A DNA stretch of 64,000 nucleotides from Verrucomicrobiota bacterium (GTDB taxonomy: Bacteria; Verrucomicrobiota; Verrucomicrobiia; Limisphaerales; AAA164-E04): the NCBI GenBank assembly GCA_047947115.1, contig CP170459.1, positions 320,001-384,000 on the forward strand, written 5' to 3'. The first letter of the stretch is position 1. Each line of letters starts with the position of its first letter. The notes beneath the pieces are model-generated. The model saw only the letters and a program-made list of their open reading frames with translations. It was not told the origin of the DNA and ran no database searches. The position numbers were made by a program, and so were the translations under genes. Below are positions 31,773-41,009 of the stretch, piece after piece.

Positions 31773-31879
31773 AAACAAATCAATGAACGCTTTCAGATTC
31801 GTTTTTTACATCAAAAGGGCATTACACGAACTTTACTGACTGCATGATCACGCGAAAGTCATAAACAATATCAACATCT

Positions 31880-32009
31880 TCAAACATCGTGATCAGGCAC
31901 CAACTCATAGAACACCTTGGCATCAGCCTTCTTGGTCAAAGCCCTGTAATGTTTAAACAGAACAGAATCCTGTGTATGCCCCAGCATGGATGCAGTCTTG
32001 GCAGAATCC
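31880..32009 (-). repeat. 130-bp exact copy of the integrase 2 3' end (other copy 34313-34442)
   Basis: Identity starts at the TGA stop and runs to gcagaatcc. Confidence 0.9.
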
Positions 32010-32424
32010 CTGCTTGAAGAAAAATCCAACGGATTCCATGGGATGTTTTATGTTTATCACTCCAAGGACGACCGCGCTGATCAATCCCTACAGATCCTTA
32101 AAGTTTCGATCCATTTTATTTAAAACTGCTATGCCTTATCGGTATAAATACATTTTTTTGATAAGTTGCACCTAATAAATGTTGTGTTTTTACATTTTTG
32201 CAAGCTGAATCACAAAACATCAATTTTCTACTATTCCAAAATAGGCAGCTTCTTGGGTTAGGGTTTTTTTATCTTGTGGGAGGAAATACCGCTGGCTTTT
32301 AGGCCACAGACTTGAACTGTTTTGATCAACTAAATCCGTAATGCTTTTTTAAATTAAGAATTGAAAAACTTTCTTTTGATAATATTTTTGTTGTGCAGTT
32401 AATTCAAAAGCTTTATTTGATGTT

Positions 32425-33819
32425 TTACTGTTTGTATATCTTATTGAAAGTATTTATATCTCTTAATATAACTTTTTTGTGTAAATAATTTTCGTTTAGT
32501 ATACTCATGATCACTAAATTGTTTAGTATACTTTTTAGTTTTGTGATGTTTAGATCATTCGGGCAATTAAAGATACATCCTATATTGTTGGCGTATGAGA
32601 TAAAGAAAAAAAGAAAGAAGAGATGTGCATATGTGTAGTTAAAAGTTATTCTCCCGTTGACTGTCAGAGTCCCTCGTGCGTATTGCTTGGCAAAAAGTAA
32701 CAAAAGCATTTCAGAACTGAGAGACACATGATATACCTGATTACATGATTCACTTACTTCAAATAATTCTTGAAACAAACCAATTTTTAAGTTTAATTTT
32801 AAATCAAAAATGTCAACGCTTAAAAGAAAGTTTTTTTCTCGTTTCACTAATCCAATCAATTTGTTTTTCTTTTTAAGTAAAGTATGAAAATTTTTGTATT
32901 CCGCCTTTAGACAGTCAATAGTAACGCTTTGAGTATCTACTTTCAGTTTTGCAAATTTTTTTTTGTTTTTCCAGTATTTTAAGGCTTTTAAATTGTTTAT
33001 ATTAAGTTTGTTCTGTAAGTTTTCTGAAATATTTATTATTTGGTTAGGTTGTGGAATTATTAGTTTAGATTCATAGTCTTTATATTTAAAATAAATATGT
33101 TGTAACCAGTCATATTGATTCCAGTGTGCATTTTCTTTATGACAAAAATAAATAAAACTAGCAAATGGAATAATATATTTAGGTTGCAATTTTGAAATAG
33201 CATAGTCATTTTTTTTGTCCCATATCTTTTGTTGAAAAGTTGGAGTTTTCTTGTCATCTATATTACCAGCCCAGTTCGCATAACTATATTGGAACATCAT
33301 TGTATCGACTTGCCTGCAACGCAAACATGGTAGTATTTCGTTTTCGATATGGTTGTTTAGATCAACTCTAGCGTCGTTTATGTTTAACAAAATAGATTTA
33401 TCTGGATACTCCACCACCAAAACACTGTCAAATCCATCACAAATTATGTTGGTTATTTTAAGATCTTTGAATTGATATTCCACTTTATTCTCTAATTCAA
33501 TCACTTTGTGCTTTTTATCTTCTAAGTAGCATTTTAATTTCTTATCCAGAGTTTTTTGAAACAAAAACGTTGTTTTTTTTGTCAAGCGGCTCAAAGTTGG
33601 TATAGAGAAGTGATCGGGATGCTCATGTGATATCCAAATGTAATCAAAATTTAGTTGGTTAATGTCATGGGAATTATCATGCAAAAGACTCCAACCGTTG
33701 TGAAAAGCCAGCCCATTAAACCAAGGATCGCATAGAATATTCGTGGTGTTAGTTGATATTATAAAGCTACTATGATTCAGAAATGTAATTGTTTTTCTGG
33801 AATTAATTGAATTATTCAT
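32425..33819 (-). CDS. Metallo-beta-lactamase-fold hydrolase (UlaG/CMAH-like), extremely AT-rich
   Basis: FLNHSS, LCDPW, ISHEHPDH, NINDA, IIPFAS. Confidence 0.8.
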   Translation of the reverse strand: MNNSINSRKTITFLNHSSFIISTNTTNILCDPWFNGLAFHNGWSLLHDNSHDINQLNFDYIWISHEHPDHFSIPTLSRLTKKTTFLFQKTLDKKLKCYLEDKKHKVIELENKVEYQFKDLKITNIICDGFDSVLVVEYPDKSILLNINDARVDLNNHIENEILPCLRCRQVDTMMFQYSYANWAGNIDDKKTPTFQQKIWDKKNDYAISKLQPKYIIPFASFIYFCHKENAHWNQYDWLQHIYFKYKDYESKLIIPQPNQIINISENLQNKLNINNLKALKYWKNKKKFAKLKVDTQSVTIDCLKAEYKNFHTLLKKKNKLIGLVKREKNFLLSVDIFDLKLNLKIGLFQELFEVSESCNQVYHVSLSSEMLLLLFAKQYARGTLTVNGRITFNYTYAHLFFLFFFISYANNIGCIFNCPNDLNITKLKSILNNLVIMSILNENYLHKKVILRDINTFNKIYKQ

Positions 33820-33987
33820 TAATTTTTCGGATTATGAAGACTTTATTTTGAAATAGATAGTCTTTTACTAGTAAAACTTTATTTATTAATCAATCGCTTA
33901 GTGATTGTTGTTTTAATTATGTAAATTAAACTTATTGTCTATAAGCTTTTTTCAATTAGACTTTATACAATTTATGCGGACGCTATG

Positions 33988-34173
33988 TTATCTACTCGAA
34001 TCATACGACATTGCGGCACCATTTTCATTCTGAGGGATATAATAATCCTGTGTTACGACTTTATTTGTAGGTTTATCATCACCGGCCCATGGAACAAAAT
34101 AGACAAACAAGCTGACGAGCAAAACTAAACCGGTCTTGATCATTATATATCTGCCAAATGTTAAACTTTTCAA
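33988..34173 (-). CDS. Small putative membrane/secreted hypothetical protein
   Basis: One hydrophobic helix followed by a polar tail; short, weak support. Confidence 0.35.
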   Translation of the reverse strand: MKSLTFGRYIMIKTGLVLLVSLFVYFVPWAGDDKPTNKVVTQDYYIPQNENGAAMSYDSSR

Positions 34174-34312
34174 AGTAAGTAGAGTAAATTCGCGCGGAAC
34201 ACAAAATTCAATTTAATCCAGAATTCCTCCCGTCATTATTTACGTTTGCATTACATAATTAAACAACTATTAGTTAATTGTTCATTCAAATACATCGTAA
34301 TAATCATCGCCG

Positions 34313-35299
34313 TCAAACATCGTGATCAGGCACCAACTCATAGAACACCTTGGCATCAGCCTTCTTGGTCAAAGCCCTGTAATGTTTAAACAGAACAGAA
34401 TCCTGTGTATGCCCCAGCATGGATGCAGTCTTGGCAGAATCCTCATGGAAAGCAAAATGGTAACTGCCAGCACTGTGACGAAGAGCATTATGAGGCCATT
34501 CCTTGATTCCTGCCAACTCTCTCAACTTGTCAAAACGCTCCCGGAACTGAGGTGGCCTGATACTACCTGTTCTGTTCTGGCACCGCATCAACCATAGCAT
34601 GGCATTGTCAGGAATATCCACATTGCGGATGGATCTCGCCTTGGCAATCTTGGCACTAATGGTGACATGCTTTGATTCCAGATCCACAGCAGACCAATCC
34701 AGTCTCTCCAGTTCTGCGGATCTGATGCCACAATACATTCCAAGAGCCACATAACCGAGTAGACCCAAGTCATGCTCTGTTCGGAAGGCGGCACTTAATA
34801 TATTTTCACACTGAACCAAGGACAGCACACCGGGAACGCTATCATCAGGACACGGTTTGGAAATGGCTTTCATCGGATTCTCTGCCCTGTATCCATTGTT
34901 CACGGCAAATTCAAAGAAGGTGTGGAGTATCCGATAGTAATTCTGCCGGGTCTGCAGTGACCACTTATTGCCATGCAACCATGATTCAACCTCGTTTGTG
35001 ACCACATCCTTTACCAACAGTTCACCAAACTGAGTACTGAACTTGCCAAGTCTGGCATTTAGATCCTCCATTGATCGTTGACGCAAGGGTCTACCACGTT
35101 TGACACCCAATCCAGCCTTGCGTGCCTCAAGAAACTTCTCTGCCAGATCTGTTACCAGCATATCTCCACTGGCAGGTTGGTTATGCTTTAAATAAAATTC
35201 AGCACAATCCACCAAGGATATGTTGCAGGATTTGAGCAGATCTATGGCTTTTCTAGCATCTAGGCGTTCCTCTGAATCGAGAATGTTTGCCAGTTTCCA
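34313..35299 (-). pseudogene. Tyrosine recombinase/integrase 2 with degraded N-terminus
   Basis: CGIRSAE, AKARSIR, HNALRHS, LGHT, KHY intact; integrase-like frame (LDSEERLDARKAIDLL) continues upstream of TTG 35215 to an in-frame TAA at 35300-35302. Confidence 0.75.
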
Positions 35300-35490
35300 T
35301 TAAAATGTGCCCAGATTCCACCTATTGTGGCTTATCTCAGATAGCATTTTCTTTTGCATCATGGTGAAGGCGGCTAACAAGCTGGTTGCAAGCATCATAC
35401 GCAAATCATTCGAACAAATTGGACACACCCAAAAGTAACCATATTTGCAGGAATGGCAGGACATTTCTTGGTTCATACGGGCCTGAATCT

Positions 35491-35509
35491 CCGCACAGTT
35501 TCCGCACAA
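35491..35509 (+). promoter_or_regulatory. Putative integrase arm-type sites, right
   Basis: CCGCACAG-ttt-CCGCACAA, 11-bp period. Confidence 0.55.
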
Positions 35510-35562
35510 ATTTTTGCTCATTTTGACGTCTACCTTGGTCATCAGCCCAAAATCGAATTTTG

Positions 35563-35592
35563 TTGAAGCAAGCTCATAAATCCGGCTATGAT
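35563..35592 (+). promoter_or_regulatory. Sigma-70-like promoter at the island right end
   Basis: TTGAAG-N18-TATGAT upstream of ATG 35602 and tRNA copy 2. Confidence 0.5.
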
Positions 35593-35619
35593 ATTGTCGT
35601 TATGGAGAATACGCAAAAT

Positions 35620-35704
35620 GGTAGGATACCCAAGTGGCCAACGGGGGCAGACTGTAAATCTGCTGGCTTTGCCTTCACAGGTTCGAATCCTGTTCCTACC
35701 ACCA
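35620..35704 (+). tRNA. tRNA-Tyr(GTA), copy 2 (right island boundary), complete and identical to copy 1
   Basis: Same 85-nt sequence including CCA. Confidence 0.95.
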
Positions 35705-35712
35705 TCCTTTTT

Positions 35713-35831
35713 TGGATCTACACCGGGGCTACACCAAAGTTTGGGGATATCCTCTTTTCATTTTTAGAATTTGTTATGTCATCCGCAATGAGAGATGACC
35801 CTCAGACAGTAGTTTTCAAAGTTTCTAAATC
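35713..35831 (-). pseudogene. Remnant 3' end of a different ISL3-type element
   Basis: Minus strand reads FRNFENYCLRVISHCG-stop followed by an IR-like end (tttggtgtagcccc). Confidence 0.55.
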
Positions 35832-35990
35832 GGGAATGATTAAGACCTCCCGCTTCCTTTGCAGCTTTCGCACAGTGAACCTCTCGTAAATGGAGCGTAT
35901 TACGTGTTTCCAAAAACTAAGCCCAAGCTAAACCTTGAGCTTTTCCAATATTCATGCCACTTTTGAGTAATTGCTTTAGAAATTGGACAC

Positions 35991-37943
35991 ATGAAGACAA
36001 CAGCTCTTTCAAATCACATCACCTTGCAAATATGGACATTACTGGTAGCGCTATACGGCGTGAACAATGTCCTGGCTCAAACTACGGAAACATTGAATAT
36101 TGCCCCTACCGGCAATACCGTTGAACTTGAAATGGTTACCAGTTCAAACGACCAATATGTCCTGGAAACCCAGGCCCAATTGATGGAGGGGGAAGAATGG
36201 GAGCCGGTGATGTTCTTTAAGGGAACGCCCTCGAAACCCAGGACCTTTACGGACCCCATCTGTGGCACTTCCGACGCCCGTTTCTTCAGGTTGAAGAAAC
36301 GATTGGCAGCTCCGCCACGCCAGGCCAGCAATTTCCGCCTCCTTGATCTGCAGGGACAGGCACACGAATTGTATTACCATTGGGACGCCAAGGGAATCGT
36401 CCTTTTACTGGCTGGAGATCAACCGGAATTCATCGAAACCTGGGCTCCCGACCTTGCCGAAATCAGTGCCAATTATGATCCGGATTCTCTCCATATTTGG
36501 AATGTGCTGCTTTCGGATGAAAACGACCGTGAAAGCCTCCTCGAAAGGTTCGGCTCGAATTCCCTCACCCTGCCCATATTGCAGGATCTCACCCAGGCTG
36601 TCACCCGAACCCTTTCATCCGGTGAAGTCCCCGAAGCCATCCTGGTGAATACGAGGGATTGGTCGATCGCTTATCGGGGACCAGTGACATTGAATGTGGA
36701 TACAGGAAAATCTGTTACCAATTGGGCACCGCTGACAGAGGCCATTGAAGCTCTCATGGCTGGATCAGAGCCCGAAGTAACCCAGCTCCGCCCCTTTGGC
36801 GTGGCCAACGGCGTGGACGCTCTTCCGGAAACCACCTACAGTGCACACATCGCCCCCATGCTGCAGCAACACTGCTTTCCCTGTCATACACCGGGAGACA
36901 TCGCCCCGTGGGCAATGACCAGTTATGATGTCATTCAGGAATTCTCGGGTCTCATCAAGTCCGCCGTATTGGCAGGTGAAATGCCGCCCTGGCACGCCGA
37001 TCCCAAATACAGTGCTTTCAGCAACACCAAATCCATGAGCGATGAAGAAATCGCCACCTTGGTCGACTGGATCGATCGTGGCGCCCCCCGGGGCGATGGG
37101 GGAGATCCTTTGGCCGAAACCGAAACTCCCGAACCGGTCGACTGGCCGCTGGGCAAACCGGATCATGTGGTATCGATCCCTCTTCAAAGCATCCCCGCGC
37201 AGGGATCCGTGGATTACAAATACTTCTTCTCTGAAAGTCCATTCGACTCGGATGTCTGGCTCAAAGCTGCGGCAGTCAAACCAGGCGACAGATCCGTCGT
37301 TCATCACTGCCTCGTTTTCAAAGGAACCATGTCTGAACTGATTGCCCTGAGAGGCGGTTTGGCAGGTTTTTTTGCAGGATACGTTCCCGGCATGGAACAG
37401 GTTCCCTTTCCGGAAGGCACCGGAAAGAAGCTCAGAAAAAACGACCTGATCGTTTTCCAAATGCACTACACCACCAATGGCAAGGCAGCAACGGATCAAA
37501 CCCAGCTGGGTTTCTACCTGGCAGACGAGCCACCCCGTCGTGAAATCGTCACCAGCGCTGCGTATGACGTGAACTTTCGTATCCCCCCCAACTCGCGCGA
37601 TGTCCGTGTGCAGGCGACCCAACGCTTCGACAGGGCTTCGACGATCTACGAATTCAGCCCCCACATGCACTATCGCGGAGCGGCGGCAAAGTTCACCTTG
37701 AAGTATCCCGACGGCTCACAAGAAGTGGTCCTCAGCGTGCCGGCTTATTTCTTCGACTGGCAGGCCCTGTATCGACTCGAAGCCCCCAAACAGGTTCCGG
37801 CTGGAACCGTCATGATTTGTGAAGGTTGGTTCGACAACACCGCTCAAAACAGATTCAACCCCGACCCCAATGACACCGTCAGCTTCGGCGAACAATCCTG
37901 GGAAGAAATGTTCATCGGTTATTTCAACTATGCCGAAAACTGA
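35991..37943 (+). CDS. Secreted redoxin-like / cytochrome c / copper type II monooxygenase-like fusion protein
   Basis: NFRLLDLQG redoxin-like region, CFPCH heme motif, MPPWHAD, VVHH, QMHY, PHMHYRG, WEEMFIG. Confidence 0.8.
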   Translation: MKTTALSNHITLQIWTLLVALYGVNNVLAQTTETLNIAPTGNTVELEMVTSSNDQYVLETQAQLMEGEEWEPVMFFKGTPSKPRTFTDPICGTSDARFFRLKKRLAAPPRQASNFRLLDLQGQAHELYYHWDAKGIVLLLAGDQPEFIETWAPDLAEISANYDPDSLHIWNVLLSDENDRESLLERFGSNSLTLPILQDLTQAVTRTLSSGEVPEAILVNTRDWSIAYRGPVTLNVDTGKSVTNWAPLTEAIEALMAGSEPEVTQLRPFGVANGVDALPETTYSAHIAPMLQQHCFPCHTPGDIAPWAMTSYDVIQEFSGLIKSAVLAGEMPPWHADPKYSAFSNTKSMSDEEIATLVDWIDRGAPRGDGGDPLAETETPEPVDWPLGKPDHVVSIPLQSIPAQGSVDYKYFFSESPFDSDVWLKAAAVKPGDRSVVHHCLVFKGTMSELIALRGGLAGFFAGYVPGMEQVPFPEGTGKKLRKNDLIVFQMHYTTNGKAATDQTQLGFYLADEPPRREIVTSAAYDVNFRIPPNSRDVRVQATQRFDRASTIYEFSPHMHYRGAAAKFTLKYPDGSQEVVLSVPAYFFDWQALYRLEAPKQVPAGTVMICEGWFDNTAQNRFNPDPNDTVSFGEQSWEEMFIGYFNYAEN

Positions 37944-37990
37944 CCTCGGAGATCGCCCCCAAACAGTCACACTGATTTAACTCACATCTC

Positions 37991-39841
37991 ATGAGCAGCC
38001 AGCCACCACAAAACGATTTACCACCCGAAGTCCAAGACGATGCCATCATCGGCAAAGCTTTCAAAGGCTCGGCCTTCGTATTGGCTGGAATCATCGTCAT
38101 CGCCTTGGGAATCTACGCATGGAAAAATCGCACCCCCGAAAAACCAGAGGAAAAGGTAACGGAAATATCCGTCCCCGAAGTTCAGGACCGGCAGCCGGCC
38201 AGTGTTCCGATGGTTTCCTTTACTAACATCACCGAAGAAGCCGGCATCGGTTTTCGGCATATCAACGGTGCCTATGGCGACAAACTGCTTCCGGAAACCA
38301 TGGGGGGTGGCGTGGCATTTCTGGATTACAATCAGGACGGCGCTCAGGATCTTTTCTTTGTTAACTCGCGCTATTGGGAAGGGCATGTTCCCGAGGGACA
38401 ATCTCAACCCACCCACGCGCTCTACGAAAACGACGGAACGGGTCATTTCAAAAATGTGACCGAAGCTGCCGGATTGAATATTGTTGATTATGGCATGGGG
38501 GTGGCGGTGGGTGATTTCGATAATGACGGATGGCCTGACTTATTCATCTCAACTGTATTCCACAACCGCTTGCTGCGTAACACAGGTGACGGAACGTTTG
38601 AAGATGTTACGCAGAAAGCCGGACTACAGGGAGACGAGACCACCTGGAGCACTTGTGCCGCGTGGTTTGATCAGGACAACGACGGAGACCTGGATCTGTA
38701 TGTGGGCAACTACGTCAAATGGTCCCCTGAAATCGATTTCGAACAGGGCGCAACACTCACCGGCCTGGGACGCGCCTACGGTCAACCCATGAACTTCCAG
38801 GGCGCATTCCCCTACCTGTACCGCAACGAAGGAAACGGCACGTTCACAGATATATCAGAAACAGCAGGCGTTCAGATAAAGAACACCGCCACACAAGTTG
38901 CGGTGGCGAAATCACTGGGTGTTGCTCCGGTGGATCTCGATTTTGATGGATGGATCGATCTGGTGGTGGCCAATGACACGGTTCAAAACTTTGTTTTCCA
39001 AAACCAAAAAGACGGCACATTCAAAGAAATCGGTTCCATGAGCGGCATTGCTTTTGACAGTTACGGCAAGGCACGCGGAGCCATGGGTATCGATACCGCC
39101 CGTTTTCGTGAGGACGACGCCATGGGAATCGGCATCGCGAACTTTGCCAACGAAATGACCGCACTCTACGTCGGCAAAGCGGACAATCTCATCTTCACCG
39201 ATGAAGCCGTTCCCGCAGGAATCGGACCGGCCAGTCGATTGGCTCTGAAGTTTGGTTTGTTCTTTTTCGATTATGACCTGGACGGCTGGCAGGATATGTT
39301 GACTGCAAATGGCCATCTCGAGGAAGACATTCAGCAAATCCAGGAAAGCCAGCATTACGAACAAGCGGCCCACCTGTTCTGGAATGCCGGTCCCGAACAT
39401 GGTTGCAGGTTCCTTGAAGTATCCAAAGCAAAAGCAGGCAGCGACTTTTTCTCCCCCATCGTGGGACGCGGTTCGGCATTTGCGGATATTGATGGCGATG
39501 GAGATCTGGACGTCATGATGGCACAGGTCAACGCCCCCCCCAAGTTATTGCGCAACGACCACCAACTGGGTCATCGATGGATTCGCCTCAACCTCGTCGG
39601 CAAGAAAAACAACCGGGACGCTATTGGCGCATGGGTGCACGGCCGCGTGTCCGGCCACGATTTATGGAGACAAGTCATGCCAACGCGCAGCTATTTGTCA
39701 CAGTCAGAAAAGACCATCACTCTGGGATTGGGAACCAACGGCGAACTCGAATCTCTGGAAGTCATCTGGCCAGGAGGCGTCCACCAGAAAATCGGTTCAC
39801 TCGAGGTGAACAAGCTGCATGTCATCGAAGAAAAGCTATAG
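37991..39841 (+). CDS. CRTAC1-family protein (FG-GAP repeats plus ASPIC/UnbV)
   Basis: DFDNDGWPD-type repeats, NRDAIGA, SYLSQ, N-terminal TM. Confidence 0.88.
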   Translation: MSSQPPQNDLPPEVQDDAIIGKAFKGSAFVLAGIIVIALGIYAWKNRTPEKPEEKVTEISVPEVQDRQPASVPMVSFTNITEEAGIGFRHINGAYGDKLLPETMGGGVAFLDYNQDGAQDLFFVNSRYWEGHVPEGQSQPTHALYENDGTGHFKNVTEAAGLNIVDYGMGVAVGDFDNDGWPDLFISTVFHNRLLRNTGDGTFEDVTQKAGLQGDETTWSTCAAWFDQDNDGDLDLYVGNYVKWSPEIDFEQGATLTGLGRAYGQPMNFQGAFPYLYRNEGNGTFTDISETAGVQIKNTATQVAVAKSLGVAPVDLDFDGWIDLVVANDTVQNFVFQNQKDGTFKEIGSMSGIAFDSYGKARGAMGIDTARFREDDAMGIGIANFANEMTALYVGKADNLIFTDEAVPAGIGPASRLALKFGLFFFDYDLDGWQDMLTANGHLEEDIQQIQESQHYEQAAHLFWNAGPEHGCRFLEVSKAKAGSDFFSPIVGRGSAFADIDGDGDLDVMMAQVNAPPKLLRNDHQLGHRWIRLNLVGKKNNRDAIGAWVHGRVSGHDLWRQVMPTRSYLSQSEKTITLGLGTNGELESLEVIWPGGVHQKIGSLEVNKLHVIEEKL

Positions 39842-39848
39842 AGCTGGA

Positions 39849-40991
39849 TCATGTCCTGGGACCATGGGTAAGCGGTGTGGCCGGAGTCGTTGAAGGCCTG
39901 CGGCCCTGAAGTTCGGCCAAGCGGCAGGTGTTCAGCCTGGGAAGCACATACCTGGCGAACAAATCACACTCCTCCACGTGCGGATACCCGGATAGAACGA
40001 ACGCACGAAAGCCCATTTCCATATACCTTTCCAACTTTCGAAGCACTTGATCAGGATCGCCCACAATAGCCGAACCGCACCCTGAGCGTGCTCGCCCGAT
40101 ACCGGTCCAAATTTCAGGTTCAACGTAACCTTCCTCGTCGGCAAGTCCTCGCAAATGATCCTGAACAATTACCCCGGCGGATCGTGAATCCTGTGCGCGA
40201 TGCTTGATCTCCGAACCTTTGCCCGATTCCAACCGCGACACCAAACGCCTAGCCGCCGCCCGCGCTTCCGCTTCTGTCTCACGCACGATCACGTGGATCC
40301 TCAATCCATAATCCAATTTGCGTCCATGCTTTGTGGCTCGTTCTGCAATATCATTCCTGACCTGTTCCAATCGTTGCTCAACATCCGGCCACAACAAATA
40401 AACATCGCAAAACCGGGCACACAATTCCCGCGCTGCTTCGGAGTAACCGCCGAAGTAAAGTAATGGACCGCCATTCTGCTGGTATGGTTTGATCGGTTCG
40501 CAAGAAAGCTGGATTTGATAAAACTCACCTTCGAAATCAATCGCATCCTGTGTCCATGCCTGTTGCAGGATCTGGATCACCTCGGCGGACCGGCGGTACC
40601 GGCTTTCCGAATCGAGCTTTGTTCCCGGCAAATCGGATGAAATGATATTCAATGTCAATCGCCCTTCCAGCATATGGTCCAATGTACTGACTGCACGCGC
40701 AAGCATGGGTGGATGCACCTCACCACACCTGATGGCTGCGAGCAAGTGGATCTGGCGTGTTTGTTCGGCCATGGCTGCAGCAAAAGTGAGTGTGTCCTGC
40801 CCCACCTGATAAGAGGATGGCAAAAGAATGTTCTGGTAACCGTTTAGATCAGCTCGCTGAACAATTGATTTACAATGAGCAAAGCTGCTTCGCAACCGGC
40901 CATCCGGCACGCCCAAATACTGATAATCATCCGAACACAGCGCACTGAACCATGCTACTTCCGCTTTTCGTTCTTCGGTTCGGATGTTCAT
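39849..40991 (-). CDS. Luciferase-like flavin-dependent monooxygenase (SsuD-like)
   Basis: [43 protein letters not shown]. Confidence 0.85.
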   Translation of the reverse strand: MNIRTEERKAEVAWFSALCSDDYQYLGVPDGRLRSSFAHCKSIVQRADLNGYQNILLPSSYQVGQDTLTFAAAMAEQTRQIHLLAAIRCGEVHPPMLARAVSTLDHMLEGRLTLNIISSDLPGTKLDSESRYRRSAEVIQILQQAWTQDAIDFEGEFYQIQLSCEPIKPYQQNGGPLLYFGGYSEAARELCARFCDVYLLWPDVEQRLEQVRNDIAERATKHGRKLDYGLRIHVIVRETEAEARAAARRLVSRLESGKGSEIKHRAQDSRSAGVIVQDHLRGLADEEGYVEPEIWTGIGRARSGCGSAIVGDPDQVLRKLERYMEMGFRAFVLSGYPHVEECDLFARYVLPRLNTCRLAELQGRRPSTTPATPLTHGPRT

Positions 40992-41009
40992 GATGCTTGG
41001 GCTCCACGG

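Larger units (their letters stand above)
21634..35704. mobile_element. tRNA-Tyr-integrated genomic island (~14 kb)
   Basis: 88-bp perfect direct repeat (21634-21721 and 35617-35704), integrases at both ends, visibly lower GC, IS copies inside. Confidence 0.9.

Noticed and set aside
35300..35542. 80-aa Cys-rich ORF as a zinc-finger protein or excisionase
   Set aside because: In frame with integrase 2 and overlapping the arm-like repeats; better explained as a decayed integrase 5' region, though not excluded
35560..35889. 109-aa ORF spanning tRNA copy 2 as an independent gene
   Set aside because: Composed of tRNA and antisense IS-remnant sequence; only its MENTQ start matters to the split-integrase hypothesis
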